Of a DNA stretch of 64,000 nucleotides, positions 1-8,939 are shown piece after piece. The position numbers and the translations under genes were made by a program. The DNA is from a bacterium (GTDB lineage: Bacteria > J088 > JAWLBW01): NCBI GenBank assembly GCA_041690355.1, contig JAWLHK010000024.1, forward strand, positions 1 through 64,000. The letters run 5' to 3'. Each line of letters opens with the position of its first letter. Position 1 is the stretch's first letter. The notes beneath the pieces are model-generated. The model was not told the origin of the DNA. It saw only the letters and a program-made list of their open reading frames with translations, and did no database searches.

Positions 1-83
1 CAGACATACTCTACCATCCGGCCAGCCGGGGGCGCGAGGAGCGACCCCTCGACCCGGCAGGGGGCTTGAAAACAACCGGCCGA

Positions 84-629
84 TCAGTGCGACGCGAAGG
101 GGATGGCCAGATCCTTGCCGCCGAGAAGGTTCTGAAAGACCAGATTGATGCGCCGGGGCGCCGTGGCCCCGCGGGGAAACCGCGCCCGGTACCGCAGCCG
201 TTTGCGCTCACCGGCCTTGATGTAGTCCGGGGTCTCGCTCGAAAAGAGCAGCCGGTAGTCCCAGTCGCCCGTGGCGTCGGGGAGCGCCAGGTAGAACGTA
301 TAGTCGTCCCAGCGGAAATCCTTGGAACCGCGGTTGTCGACGCTCATTTCGACGAGAAGAATGAGCTCGCCCCCCTCTTCGAACGCCCCCGGCTTCACCG
401 ACAGAGTCAGCGTGCGCCACTCGACGCGGCCGTCATTCGCGGCGAAGAGATACTGAAAGGCCGTATCGGTCGTGCGCGTTCCCGCGTAGGCATAGGTCGC
501 GTGGCGTTCGACCTGACTAGCGCCCGGTTGTCCCGATCGCGCCATGGAGGAAGGCCGCCCCGCCGCCGAACCCGACGCGCATGCGGCCGCCAGCCAAACC
601 AGCATCCCCGCGAATACGAAACGCATCAT
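84..629 (-). CDS. Hypothetical lipoprotein (Ig-like/DUF4352-like C-terminal region)
   Basis: Signal peptide with lipobox LAAAC; beta-rich VEMSVDNRG...YIKAGE pattern; 4-bp overlap with upstream gene. Confidence 0.65.
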   Translation of the reverse strand: MMRFVFAGMLVWLAAACASGSAAGRPSSMARSGQPGASQVERHATYAYAGTRTTDTAFQYLFAANDGRVEWRTLTLSVKPGAFEEGGELILLVEMSVDNRGSKDFRWDDYTFYLALPDATGDWDYRLLFSSETPDYIKAGERKRLRYRARFPRGATAPRRINLVFQNLLGGKDLAIPFASH

Positions 630-1597
630 GAACCGGCCCTCCGCGTTGCGCCCATGGGCCGCACCGGCGTGTGCAGCGGCCGCCCGGCGCCGCCGAAAAT
701 CTTGCGCTCGCCGGCATACAGGGCCTTACCGCGCCAGGCGAACTTCGGCAGCTTCGGTCCGTTCCACCAGCCGTGGAAAACGCTGTGACCGCTCGCGGCC
801 TCGACGAGAATCCAGTCGCCGCGCCGTTCGCCCGCGGGCGGACGCCAGAAGGCGACCCAGCCATCGCCCATCAGGCGGGCGCGCATGTCGCCGGGCGTGC
901 GCCAGCGCTGCACGAACTTGCGGGCGGCCGAATCGTACAGACCGAAAACGCCCGGTTCGGCGCGGCTGCGCACGAGAATTCGCCCTTTCTGGAAATCGAG
1001 CACCGAGACGTCGCCGAGCCGAACGCGCGTGTGATGGCCCTCGGCGAGGCTGATGCGATCGAGCACCGGCTGATCGCCCAGCGTGTTCAGCAGGTAGACG
1101 AACTGCGCATCGCGGTAGAACTCATGCTTCGAAAAGAGGGCGGCCCCCGAAAAAAAGCGGGCCGGGCGCGCGGTGCCGATCGGATAGAGATAGGACCCGT
1201 AGAAGTGCGAGAAGAGCACCTTGCCGTGACGCGCATCGAGAATGGCGGTTCCGGTCAGACGCTGATCACGCAGTTCGGGAAGCTCTTCGAGCGTGCAGCG
1301 GGTGAAATCAATCTGAACGACGTACGACGCCTTGCGGTCGCAATAGGAGTAGTAGGCCGTGCCCGTGCCGGTCTCGAAGGCCATGCGGCACTGGTTGGCC
1401 TCCTCGGTTCCGCCGAAGCGCTCGAAGAGCTCGCGCGCCAGCATGCAGGTATTGCCCGACTCCATCCCCCGCACGGCATTCGCGGCCGTATTGACCTGTA
1501 CGGTCGGCCGATCGACGTTCTGCTCCCACGCGCTCGGCAGCTGCGAGGCGGGCGCGGCCGCCGAGGCGGCAAGGATGATGGCGGCCAGCAGGTTCAT
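626..1597 (-). CDS. Hypothetical secreted protein
   Basis: ATG at 1597 gives MNLLAAIILAASAAA signal peptide; 4 Cys in N-terminal half; beta-rich C-terminal half. Confidence 0.6.
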   Translation of the reverse strand: MNLLAAIILAASAAAPASQLPSAWEQNVDRPTVQVNTAANAVRGMESGNTCMLARELFERFGGTEEANQCRMAFETGTGTAYYSYCDRKASYVVQIDFTRCTLEELPELRDQRLTGTAILDARHGKVLFSHFYGSYLYPIGTARPARFFSGAALFSKHEFYRDAQFVYLLNTLGDQPVLDRISLAEGHHTRVRLGDVSVLDFQKGRILVRSRAEPGVFGLYDSAARKFVQRWRTPGDMRARLMGDGWVAFWRPPAGERRGDWILVEAASGHSVFHGWWNGPKLPKFAWRGKALYAGERKIFGGAGRPLHTPVRPMGATRRAGS

Positions 1598-1682
1598 GGT
1601 CACAAAGCAGGCAACTCGGCCCGGCGGCACCGGGCGCCAACAGTATAGCAGCCGCTCTGCCCGGCGTCGACCGGGCCGGAAA

Positions 1683-1944
1683 TTTACGATTTACGATTGA
1701 CGATTGACGATTTCATCGGCAAGGTCCTTGGCGCTTGGCGCTTAGTCAAGTGACGAATGACGAGTGACGAATTACCGTTCGTCTCCAGCTGACGGCGCGG
1801 ATGGAAGGAGCGCGACAGCGAGAGGGCGCACTCGAGTGACGGGTGACGAATGACGAGGACGAGTTCAGGCAAGAGCGCCGGCAGGAACCTTGAAACACCT
1901 TGTCCTTGCCTCGTTGGCGCTCAGCGCTCGGCGCTTGGCGCTTG
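1683..1944. repeat. Cluster of five period-7 tandem arrays
   Basis: TTTACGA x2 + TTGACGA x2 (1683-1710); CTTGGCG x2 (1727-1740); TGACGA(A/G) x3 (1751-1771); TGACG(G/A)(G/A) x3 (1837-1857); TTGGCGC/TCAGCGC/TCGGCGC/TTGGCGC (1914-1941). Confidence 0.9.
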
Positions 1945-1954
1945 CTCCCGGCGC

Positions 1955-3016
1955 TCAGGCCTTGCGCTTGGGATGCGCATGCCGGTGGTGCAGATCCGGC
2001 ACGTGGGGGTGCGCGTGTACAAGCCGCACATGCCGGTGGGGATGGGAGTGTGGCTCGGTCACGGGCCCCTCGTGCACATGCCGGTGATGCTCGTCGTGCA
2101 CGTGCAGATGCTCATGCTCCATCTCCTCGTGAACGTGCAGGTGCGCATGCCGCTCGCGCAGAAGAATGACGACGCCGAGGGCCATGATCACGAAGGCGCT
2201 CTCTTCCACCAGAGAAATCCGCTCTCCCAGGAGTGGAACGGCCGCCAGCGCGCCCAGGAACGGGGCGGTCGCGAACCATGCGGCCTCGCGCACGGCGCCG
2301 ATCCAGCGCAGGGCGTAGGTGTCAAGAACGATGCTGATGCCGTAGCTGAAAAACCCGAGCAGCAGGGCCGCCCCGGCGAAACCGGCGGCGGGAACGGCGT
2401 CGCCGATCAGGAGCGCGAGCGATACGTTGACCGCCCCAGCCCCCAGTGTCTTCGCGAGCGCGATGGCCACCGGATCGCGCAGCGACAGCCGCTGTGTGAG
2501 GTTGTTGTCGAGGGCCCAGGCAAGGCAGGCCGCGAAGAGAAAGGCCACCCCCGCCCATTCGGCCCGCAGCGCCCCCGGCTGCCATGCCAGGAGCAGCGCA
2601 CCCGAAAAGACGAGGAGCGTGGCGAAGGCGACGGCCCGCCCCAGGTATTCGCCGAAGAACACCACCGCGAGCAGGATCGTGAGCGGCCCTTCGAGATTGA
2701 GCAGGAGCGCCCCGGCCAGTCCCGACACCCGCTCGAGCCCGAGCAGCATGCAGACGGGGCCCACGATTCCGCCGGCGACCAGGATGGCCGTGAGAAGGGG
2801 AACATCGGTGCGCCGGAGGGCCGCTTCGCGCGCCGCCCGGCCGTACAGCGCCTTGAGAATCAGCAGCCCGGTACCTCCGCCCAGATAGAGCAGGCCGGCC
2901 AGCATGAGCGGCCCGACGCCGTCGAGCAGGAGCTTCGCCAGCGGCGCGCTCAGGCCGAAGAGCAGCGCCGCTGCGAGCCCGAAGGCCGCGCCTTTGTACT
3001 GTTCGCCGTGCGCCAT
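1955..3016 (-). CDS. DMT/EamA family transporter with His-rich C-terminal tail
   Basis: About 10 TM helices, two EamA-like repeats (LLNLEGPLT..., WALDNNLT), tail HAHLHVHEEMEHEHLHVHDEHHRH...PDLHHRHAH. Confidence 0.9.
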   Translation of the reverse strand: MAHGEQYKGAAFGLAAALLFGLSAPLAKLLLDGVGPLMLAGLLYLGGGTGLLILKALYGRAAREAALRRTDVPLLTAILVAGGIVGPVCMLLGLERVSGLAGALLLNLEGPLTILLAVVFFGEYLGRAVAFATLLVFSGALLLAWQPGALRAEWAGVAFLFAACLAWALDNNLTQRLSLRDPVAIALAKTLGAGAVNVSLALLIGDAVPAAGFAGAALLLGFFSYGISIVLDTYALRWIGAVREAAWFATAPFLGALAAVPLLGERISLVEESAFVIMALGVVILLRERHAHLHVHEEMEHEHLHVHDEHHRHVHEGPVTEPHSHPHRHVRLVHAHPHVPDLHHRHAHPKRKA

Positions 3017-3054
3017 GCGTCCCCTTCCCCATCATTGTCCCGCGCCGGCCGTCC

Positions 3055-3096
3055 ATTTACTAGAATTTACAGATTACGATTTACGATTGACGATTT
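3055..3096. repeat. Period-7 array (TTTACGA/TTGACGA family)
   Basis: atttac...gattacgatttacgattgacgattt. Confidence 0.8.
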
Positions 3097-3216
3097 CCTG
3101 GTTTCCCGGGACATTGCTGCGCCTCCTATCCTCGTTTTCTATCACAGATTCAGGAATCAGGAGTCCCGGAAGGCGCGGCGCTTGGCGCACGGCGCCGAAC
3201 CGGTTAGGCTGTGAGG

Positions 3217-3861
3217 ATGCGTACGCTCATCACAGGCGCGAGCCGGGGACTCGGCGCCGCCCTCGTCGACGCCTTTCTCCCCCACGGCGAAGTGCTCGGC
3301 ATCGCGCGCCAACTGAACCGCGAAGCCACTGGGTTCCGCCCTGTCCAGGCGGATCTGACTACGGAGGACGGCCTCGAGACGGTCCTGGCGGCCGTCGGCG
3401 AGACGCCGCTCGGAACCATCGTCCACAACGCCGGTATCCTCGGCGCCCGCGCGCCGATCGCCGATTATCCGGAAGCGGACTGGGACCGCGTGCTTGAAAT
3501 CAACCTCACGGCCCCGTTCCGCCTGACGCGGCGCCTGCTTCCCCGGATGGCGCGCGGCGGGTGCATCCTCTTCGTTTCGTCGGGGGCCGGCCGCCGCGCC
3601 GCGCCGGAGTGGGGGGCCTATGCCGTGAGCAAGTTCGGCATCGACGGTCTCGCCCTGCTGCTCGCCGAGGAGGTTCGCGAAGCGGGGATCCGCGTGCACA
3701 GCATCAATCCGGGGGGCATGCGCACGGCCATGCGGGCGGCGGCATATCCGCAGGAGGATCCGGCGCGCGTGCCCGACCCCGCGCAGATCTCTCCGTTCTT
3801 CGTCGAGGTCGCCCGGGCGGCCGCCGGAACCTTCCCGGTCCTGCTCGATGCGAAACGGTGA
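3217..3861 (+). CDS. SDR family oxidoreductase (YciK-like)
   Basis: TGASRGLG cofactor motif, NAG, YAVSK catalytic YxxxK, INPGGMRTAMRAAAYP. Confidence 0.92.
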   Translation: MRTLITGASRGLGAALVDAFLPHGEVLGIARQLNREATGFRPVQADLTTEDGLETVLAAVGETPLGTIVHNAGILGARAPIADYPEADWDRVLEINLTAPFRLTRRLLPRMARGGCILFVSSGAGRRAAPEWGAYAVSKFGIDGLALLLAEEVREAGIRVHSINPGGMRTAMRAAAYPQEDPARVPDPAQISPFFVEVARAAAGTFPVLLDAKR

Positions 3862-3877
3862 GCGGCGCGCCATTCAA

Positions 3878-4050
3878 TTGACAATTTACGATTGACGATT
3901 GACGATTTTCCGGCAAGAGCACCGGAAAAACCCGTTCGTCCTTAGCTGACGGCCGTGAGTGCCTTGCCTCGGAATCCGGCATTGACCATTGACCATCGAC
4001 CATCGACCATCGACCATTGATCATTCGCGCAGCGATCATTCGCGCAGCGA
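3878..4050. repeat. Period-7 arrays plus 15-bp tandem duplication between convergent genes
   Basis: TTGACAA/TTTACGA/TTGACGA x2 (3878-3905); AT(T/C)GACC x5 + ATTGATC (3981-4022); TCATTCGCGCAGCGA x2 (4021-4050). Confidence 0.9.
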
Positions 4051-5067
4051 TCAACCGACCATGAGGTAATCGTCGCCGCGCCGGTATCCGAAGCCGTGCA
4101 GCGACGCGGCGATCAGCTCCCGCGCCCCGTGGTTCGTGACGTAGACGAGCACGAACGGGCGCCCTTCTGCGCCATCTCTCGCGAGCCACGCGGGGGCTTC
4201 GACACCGGCCCCCTCGTAGACCCGGCCGATCTTGCGGGGATCGATGTCGATCCAGCGCTCGATGGCCACCCCGCGGGCAAGCAGGCGGCGCACCCGGCGG
4301 CGCGAGAGCATTCCCGCCCCCCAGATGACGATCGGCCGGCCGGTGGCCAGACGGGGATCCCGGGCCAGATACGCGGCCCGCAGCGCATCGAAGGCCGCGC
4401 GGGAATAGCGTTCGTCGGTGCGTGACGTGCGGTCGGCCCGCTCGGCCCAGTCGAGGAGCACGCGGTCAACTTTCCCCATCGCGTACCCGGCAGCGTGCAG
4501 GCGCAGCCACAGATCGTAGTCTTCGGGAAACGGGCCGTCGGCATAGCCCCCCACGGCGCGCACGGCCTCGCCTCGGAAGAGGACGCTCGGGTGGGCGAAC
4601 GGACTTTCCACGTAAATCTCGTCGCGCACGTCCTCGGCCGTGAGCACGCCGTTCTGCCAGCGGATGTACTCCCGGTAACCGGCCTGCACGGCCTCTTCGG
4701 GCACCACGCGCACGCGGGTCGCGACCAGGGCCGCCCGGGGATTCGCGCGCATCCAGTCGATCTGGAGCGCCAGCCGTTCGGGGTGCATGACGTCGTCGGC
4801 GTCCATGCGCGCGACGAGGGGATACCGGGCCTCGGCGAGCCCGCGGTTGAGCGCGGCGACGAGGCCGACGCGCCCCGGGCGCAGCAGGCGGATGCGGGGA
4901 TCGTGCACGGCCGCCACCGTCTCGGCGCTCGCGTCTTCGGAACCGTCGTCGACGGCGAGCAGCTCCCAGTGCGCATGGGTCTGCGCCCCGATCGAGGCCA
5001 GCGTCTGCGCCAGGGTCGCCGCGGCATTGCGCATCGGCAAGACGATGCTGACGCCGTCGCTGCTCAT
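4051..5067 (-). CDS. Glycosyltransferase family 2 with C-terminal Rossmann-like extension
   Basis: VSIVLP, VDDGS, RMDADD (DxD), EDYDLW motifs; C-terminal IVIWGAG. Confidence 0.92.
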   Translation of the reverse strand: MSSDGVSIVLPMRNAAATLAQTLASIGAQTHAHWELLAVDDGSEDASAETVAAVHDPRIRLLRPGRVGLVAALNRGLAEARYPLVARMDADDVMHPERLALQIDWMRANPRAALVATRVRVVPEEAVQAGYREYIRWQNGVLTAEDVRDEIYVESPFAHPSVLFRGEAVRAVGGYADGPFPEDYDLWLRLHAAGYAMGKVDRVLLDWAERADRTSRTDERYSRAAFDALRAAYLARDPRLATGRPIVIWGAGMLSRRRVRRLLARGVAIERWIDIDPRKIGRVYEGAGVEAPAWLARDGAEGRPFVLVYVTNHGARELIAASLHGFGYRRGDDYLMVG

Positions 5068-5116
5068 GAGGAACCGAAGGGGGAACCGATGGGGAAACCG
5101 GATCGGGCGGCGTCGC

Positions 5117-6256
5117 TCACGCGTTCGCGCGGAAATCGACCGGCTTCATCCCCGCGCTCAGCTCGAGCATCTTCTCGACCGACCGCCGCGCGCCGGCGAT
5201 GACGTCCTGGCCGACCTCGACCGTCGGCGTCAGGGTCTGCAGCGACGCGTAGATGTTGTCGAGGTTGATCTTCTGCATGTACGGGCAGAGCACGCAGGGG
5301 CGCACGAACTCGATGTCGGGACTCGCGGCGGCCACGTTGTCGGCCATCGAGCACTCGGTGACCATGACGATCTTCTTCGATCCCGACGTGCGCACGTCGT
5401 TGATCATGCCCGCCGTCGACCCGACGTAGTCGGCCTCGGCGCAGACCTCGGGGGGGCATTCGGGATGGGCCAGGACGCGCACGCCGGGGAACTTTTCGCG
5501 CAGTTCGCGGATCTGCCCGGGCGTGAAGCGCTCGTGCACGATGCAGGCGCCGAACGTGGCGATGACCTTGATGTTCGTCTTCGCGGCGACGTTGGCGGCC
5601 AGAAAGCGATCGGGCGCGAAGATGACCGAATCGGTACCCCACTCGGCGGCGATCTTCTCGACGACGTGCACCGCGTTCGACGAGGTGCAGCAGACATCGG
5701 CTTCGGCTTTCACTTCGGCCGACGTGTTGACGTAGACGACGACCGGAATTCCGGGGTGCTTCTCCTTGAGCAGCCGCAGATCGGCCGCCGTGATCGACTC
5801 GGCCAGCGAGCAGCCGGCCGAGGGGTCGGGAATGAGCACCGTGCGGTCGGGGGCGAGAACCTTGACCGTCTCGGCCATGAAGTGCACCCCGCACATCATG
5901 ATGACGGGCGCCTCTTCGGCCTTCAGCGCCGCGGCCTTGCGGGCGAGCTCCAGGGAATCGCCGACGAAATCGGCCACCCCCAGGTAGATCTCGGGCGACT
6001 GGTAGTTGTGCGCAAGGATGTAGGTCTGCTTTTCCTTCTTCAGACGGTTGATCTTCAGGATCAGCGGCGCCTTCAGAATCCAGTCTTCTTCGCGGATGAG
6101 CCCGTAGGCGCGCGCCCAGATCTCGCGTGTTTCAGCCTCGACCTCGTCGGTGAAGTCGGCGTCGCGATAACGGATGACGGGCACCGGCACGTCGTGGCGC
6201 GGGGTCACCCGGGTATTGATGCTTCCGTCAGGGGTGCAGGTCAGTGCTTCGTCCAT
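5117..6256 (-). CDS. nadA: Quinolinate synthase NadA
   Basis: ILAHNYQ, GDSLELA, CGVHFMAET, AGCSLA, YVNTSA, ACIVH, AHPEC, CPYM (three Fe-S Cys); start placed at ATG 6256. Confidence 0.96.
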   Translation of the reverse strand: MDEALTCTPDGSINTRVTPRHDVPVPVIRYRDADFTDEVEAETREIWARAYGLIREEDWILKAPLILKINRLKKEKQTYILAHNYQSPEIYLGVADFVGDSLELARKAAALKAEEAPVIMMCGVHFMAETVKVLAPDRTVLIPDPSAGCSLAESITAADLRLLKEKHPGIPVVVYVNTSAEVKAEADVCCTSSNAVHVVEKIAAEWGTDSVIFAPDRFLAANVAAKTNIKVIATFGACIVHERFTPGQIRELREKFPGVRVLAHPECPPEVCAEADYVGSTAGMINDVRTSGSKKIVMVTECSMADNVAAASPDIEFVRPCVLCPYMQKINLDNIYASLQTLTPTVEVGQDVIAGARRSVEKMLELSAGMKPVDFRANA

Positions 6257-6311
6257 AATCCTACAGTCTACCACGGCGGGCGGGAGGGGTCCTCTCGGAC
6301 GTCTTTCATAT

Positions 6312-6350
6312 CTCGTATCCGGCAGCTCGTTTCTGGAAGCTCGTATCCGG
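6312..6350. repeat. 14-bp (2x7) degenerate tandem repeat
   Basis: CTCGTATCCGGCAG CTCGTTTCTGGAAG CTCGTATCCGG. Confidence 0.7.
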
Positions 6351-6561
6351 TCCGATATCCCGGTGTCTCGATTCTCGTTTTCCCTTTTCGTTCGGAACCC
6401 ATTTCCGTCTGGCCGGCGACGCGAGAGTCGGCGGTCGCACTCGAACGAACCTGCGTGGGTCGTCCACGCTGAGAGCAGCGAACACACTGACTTCCCGCTC
6501 CACGCTTTTCGGCGGAACTCGGCGGAACAACGAAACACGCATAACCTGTACGGTGATACGG

Positions 6562-7038
6562 ATGGATAACGATCAGCTCATCGAAAACCTGAACGACCTG
6601 CTTCAGACGGAGTACGACGCCGTGCACGCCTACATCACGTGCATCAAGAATGTCGACGACGAAAACATTCTCGACCACCTGACTCAGTTTCTCTCCGACC
6701 ACAATCACCACGTCGGCTTCATCGCCGAACAGGTGCGCAAGGCCGGCGGCGAGCCCAAGGCGCGCCCCGATTTCAAGGGGCCCTTTCTCAAGGGGCTCAC
6801 CGGAATCATGAGCAAGCTGGGCGACAAGAACGCGCTGCGCGTCATGGTACAGAACGAAACGCTTACGAACCGCACCTACGACAAAGAGGTCGAGAAGGAT
6901 TACCCGGGTGAAATCCTGGCGAGACTGCACGACTTCCAGGGTGACGAACGCCGCCACAAGGCGTGGCTCGAAGAGCAGCTCTCTGACTACGACGAAACAC
7001 ACGCCCGCCGCGAAGAGCGTCCGGGCGCCCAGCCGTAA
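6562..7038 (+). CDS. Ferritin-like domain protein (DUF2383-like)
   Basis: LNDLLQTEYDAVHAY, DHNHH, NE..TN..Y, DERRHKAWL four-helix diiron-type pattern. Confidence 0.85.
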   Translation: MDNDQLIENLNDLLQTEYDAVHAYITCIKNVDDENILDHLTQFLSDHNHHVGFIAEQVRKAGGEPKARPDFKGPFLKGLTGIMSKLGDKNALRVMVQNETLTNRTYDKEVEKDYPGEILARLHDFQGDERRHKAWLEEQLSDYDETHARREERPGAQP

Positions 7039-7104
7039 TTCCGAGGCCGGACGGGTCGTCTCGTCCGGCTTCTTCGGCCTGCACGGAACAGTGCACGCAA
7101 CAGC

Positions 7105-8016
7105 ATGGCGCACGCAACGGAAGTCGTCGTCGAGGGGCACCGGCTGCAGCTGTCGAACCTGAACAAGGTCTTCTATCCCGCCGACGGATTCACGAAGGCT
7201 CAGGTCATCGACTTCTACCGCCGCGTCGCCCCCGTGCTGCTGCCGCACCTGCACGACCGCCCGGTGACCCTGAAGCGGTATCCCGACGGCGTCAACGGGA
7301 GCCACTTCTACGAAAAACGCTGCCCCGTGCACCGGCCGGCGTGGATCCCGACCGCGAAGATCTGGAGCAGCGAGCGGACCGGACATATCAATTTCTGCCT
7401 GATCAACGACCTGCCCACCCTCATGTGGGCGGCCAACCTGGCCAACCTCGAGGTGCACACCTACCTGCATCTCTCGTCGGCCCCTGCGCGCCCGACGAGC
7501 CTCGTCTTCGATCTCGACCCCGGCCCCCCTGCCGACCTGCTCGCCTGCGCGCGGGTGGCGCTGCTCGTGCGCGAGCTCTACGATACGCTCGGGCTCAAGA
7601 CGTGGGCCAAGACCTCGGGCTCGAAGGGTATCCAGGTCTACGTTCCGCTCAACACGGCGGTGGACTATGCGGCTACCAAAGCCTTCGCGCGCGCGACCGC
7701 CGAGCTGCTCGAGAAGCGCCACCCCGATCTGGTCGTCTCGAACATGCGCAAGGCGCTGCGTACGGGAAAGGTGCTGGTGGACTGGAGTCAGAACGACGCG
7801 CACAAGACGACCGTCTCGGTTTACTCGCTCCGGGCCCGCGAGCACCCGACCGTATCGCTGCCGGTGGAATGGACGGAGATCGAGCAGGCCGTCGCCGATG
7901 GAGACACCGAGCCGCTGGTCTTTCGCTGGGACGCGGCGCGCGATCGGGTCGAGCGCCGCGGCGATCTCTTCGCGCCCCAGCTCTCGCTGCGGCAGACCCT
8001 TCCCCACCTCGCCTGA
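7105..8016 (+). CDS. ligD: NHEJ LigD primase-polymerase domain protein (stand-alone)
   Basis: LSNLNKVFYP, RYPDG..FYEK, FDLDPG, KTSGSKG, VLVDWSQN, YSLRAR..PTVS; no ligase or phosphoesterase domain. Confidence 0.93.
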   Translation: MAHATEVVVEGHRLQLSNLNKVFYPADGFTKAQVIDFYRRVAPVLLPHLHDRPVTLKRYPDGVNGSHFYEKRCPVHRPAWIPTAKIWSSERTGHINFCLINDLPTLMWAANLANLEVHTYLHLSSAPARPTSLVFDLDPGPPADLLACARVALLVRELYDTLGLKTWAKTSGSKGIQVYVPLNTAVDYAATKAFARATAELLEKRHPDLVVSNMRKALRTGKVLVDWSQNDAHKTTVSVYSLRAREHPTVSLPVEWTEIEQAVADGDTEPLVFRWDAARDRVERRGDLFAPQLSLRQTLPHLA

Positions 8017-8093
8017 TCGGCGCCCGCCCGGCGGGCGCCGGCCTTTGACCCGCCCGGCCGTTTCGCTGCCCAATGGGAGACAGGAGGAGTACC

Positions 8094-8939
8094 ATGCGCA
8101 CCGTTTCTGCCCTACTGCTGTCGCTGAGCCTCGGACTCGCCTGCGCCACGACCGGACCCAACAAGGGAGAACTGAACCTCATCTCGCCTGCACAGGAGGC
8201 GCAGATCGGCGAGCAGGTCGACGCCGAGGTGCGCCAGCAGTTTGACGTGCGCTCGAGTGCCGAGTGGACGCGCTACCTGCAGGCGCTCGCGAAGCGGATC
8301 GCGGTGGCGACACCGCTCGAGGGCTCCGACTTCCGCGTCCACCTGATCATGGACCCGGCCATCAATGCCATGGCCATCCCCGGGGGCGACATCTACGTCA
8401 ACAGCGGTCTCGTGCTGGCCGCCGAAAACGAGGCCGAGCTCGCGGGGGTGATGGCCCACGAAATGGGGCACGTGGTCGAGCGCCACGGGACCGAACAGCT
8501 CTCGCGCGCCCTCGGATTCCAGGCCGTCGCGGGGCTCGCTCTCGGCGAGAATCCGGGACTCCTCGCCCAGCTCGTCGCCCAGGTCGGGGGCACGGCGACC
8601 CTGTTGCGTTTCGGGCGCGACGCCGAGCGCGAAGCCGACGAACTGGCCGTCGCCTATCTGTATCATGCAGGGCTCGACCCACGGGGCATCGTGCAGTTCT
8701 TCGAGCTTCTGGCCGCGCAGGAACCTGCCTCGCCGCGCTTTCTGGCGTGGCTCCAGTCGCACCCGTTGACCGAAGACCGTATCGCGGATGCCCGGCGGAT
8801 GATCTCGCGGCTCGAGCCGAAACCGGTGCGCAGCGACAGCGAGGAATTTCACGCCTTCAAGCGCAAAGTGCGCGGGGCCGTGTCAGACCGCTCCGCGCCG
8901 CCGGCCGTCGCAGACCTGCCGGCCGATGCCTCGCGTTAG
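8094..8939 (+). CDS. M48 family metallopeptidase lipoprotein (BepA/LoiP-like)
   Basis: Lipobox LGLAC, NAMAIPGG, HEMGH (HExxH), EREAD, SHP; SD GGAGGAG. Confidence 0.92.
   Translation: MRTVSALLLSLSLGLACATTGPNKGELNLISPAQEAQIGEQVDAEVRQQFDVRSSAEWTRYLQALAKRIAVATPLEGSDFRVHLIMDPAINAMAIPGGDIYVNSGLVLAAENEAELAGVMAHEMGHVVERHGTEQLSRALGFQAVAGLALGENPGLLAQLVAQVGGTATLLRFGRDAEREADELAVAYLYHAGLDPRGIVQFFELLAAQEPASPRFLAWLQSHPLTEDRIADARRMISRLEPKPVRSDSEEFHAFKRKVRGAVSDRSAPPAVADLPADASR

Noticed and set aside
1-83. Possible minus-strand gene start at position 7
   Set aside because: Only two codons in the window; cannot be supported
5117-6538. Long N-terminal extensions in the ORF track (nadA 6538, gspG 27836, ctaG 47875, DUF2254 53507, FAD oxidoreductase 44141)
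   Set aside because: Extensions run through repeats, neighbouring genes or the tRNA; downstream starts match family N-termini
6257-6550. NAD-sensing riboswitch upstream of nadA
   Set aside because: A -10 element sits 8 nt from the ATG, implying little or no leader; the region is occupied by degenerate repeats and no motif was recognised
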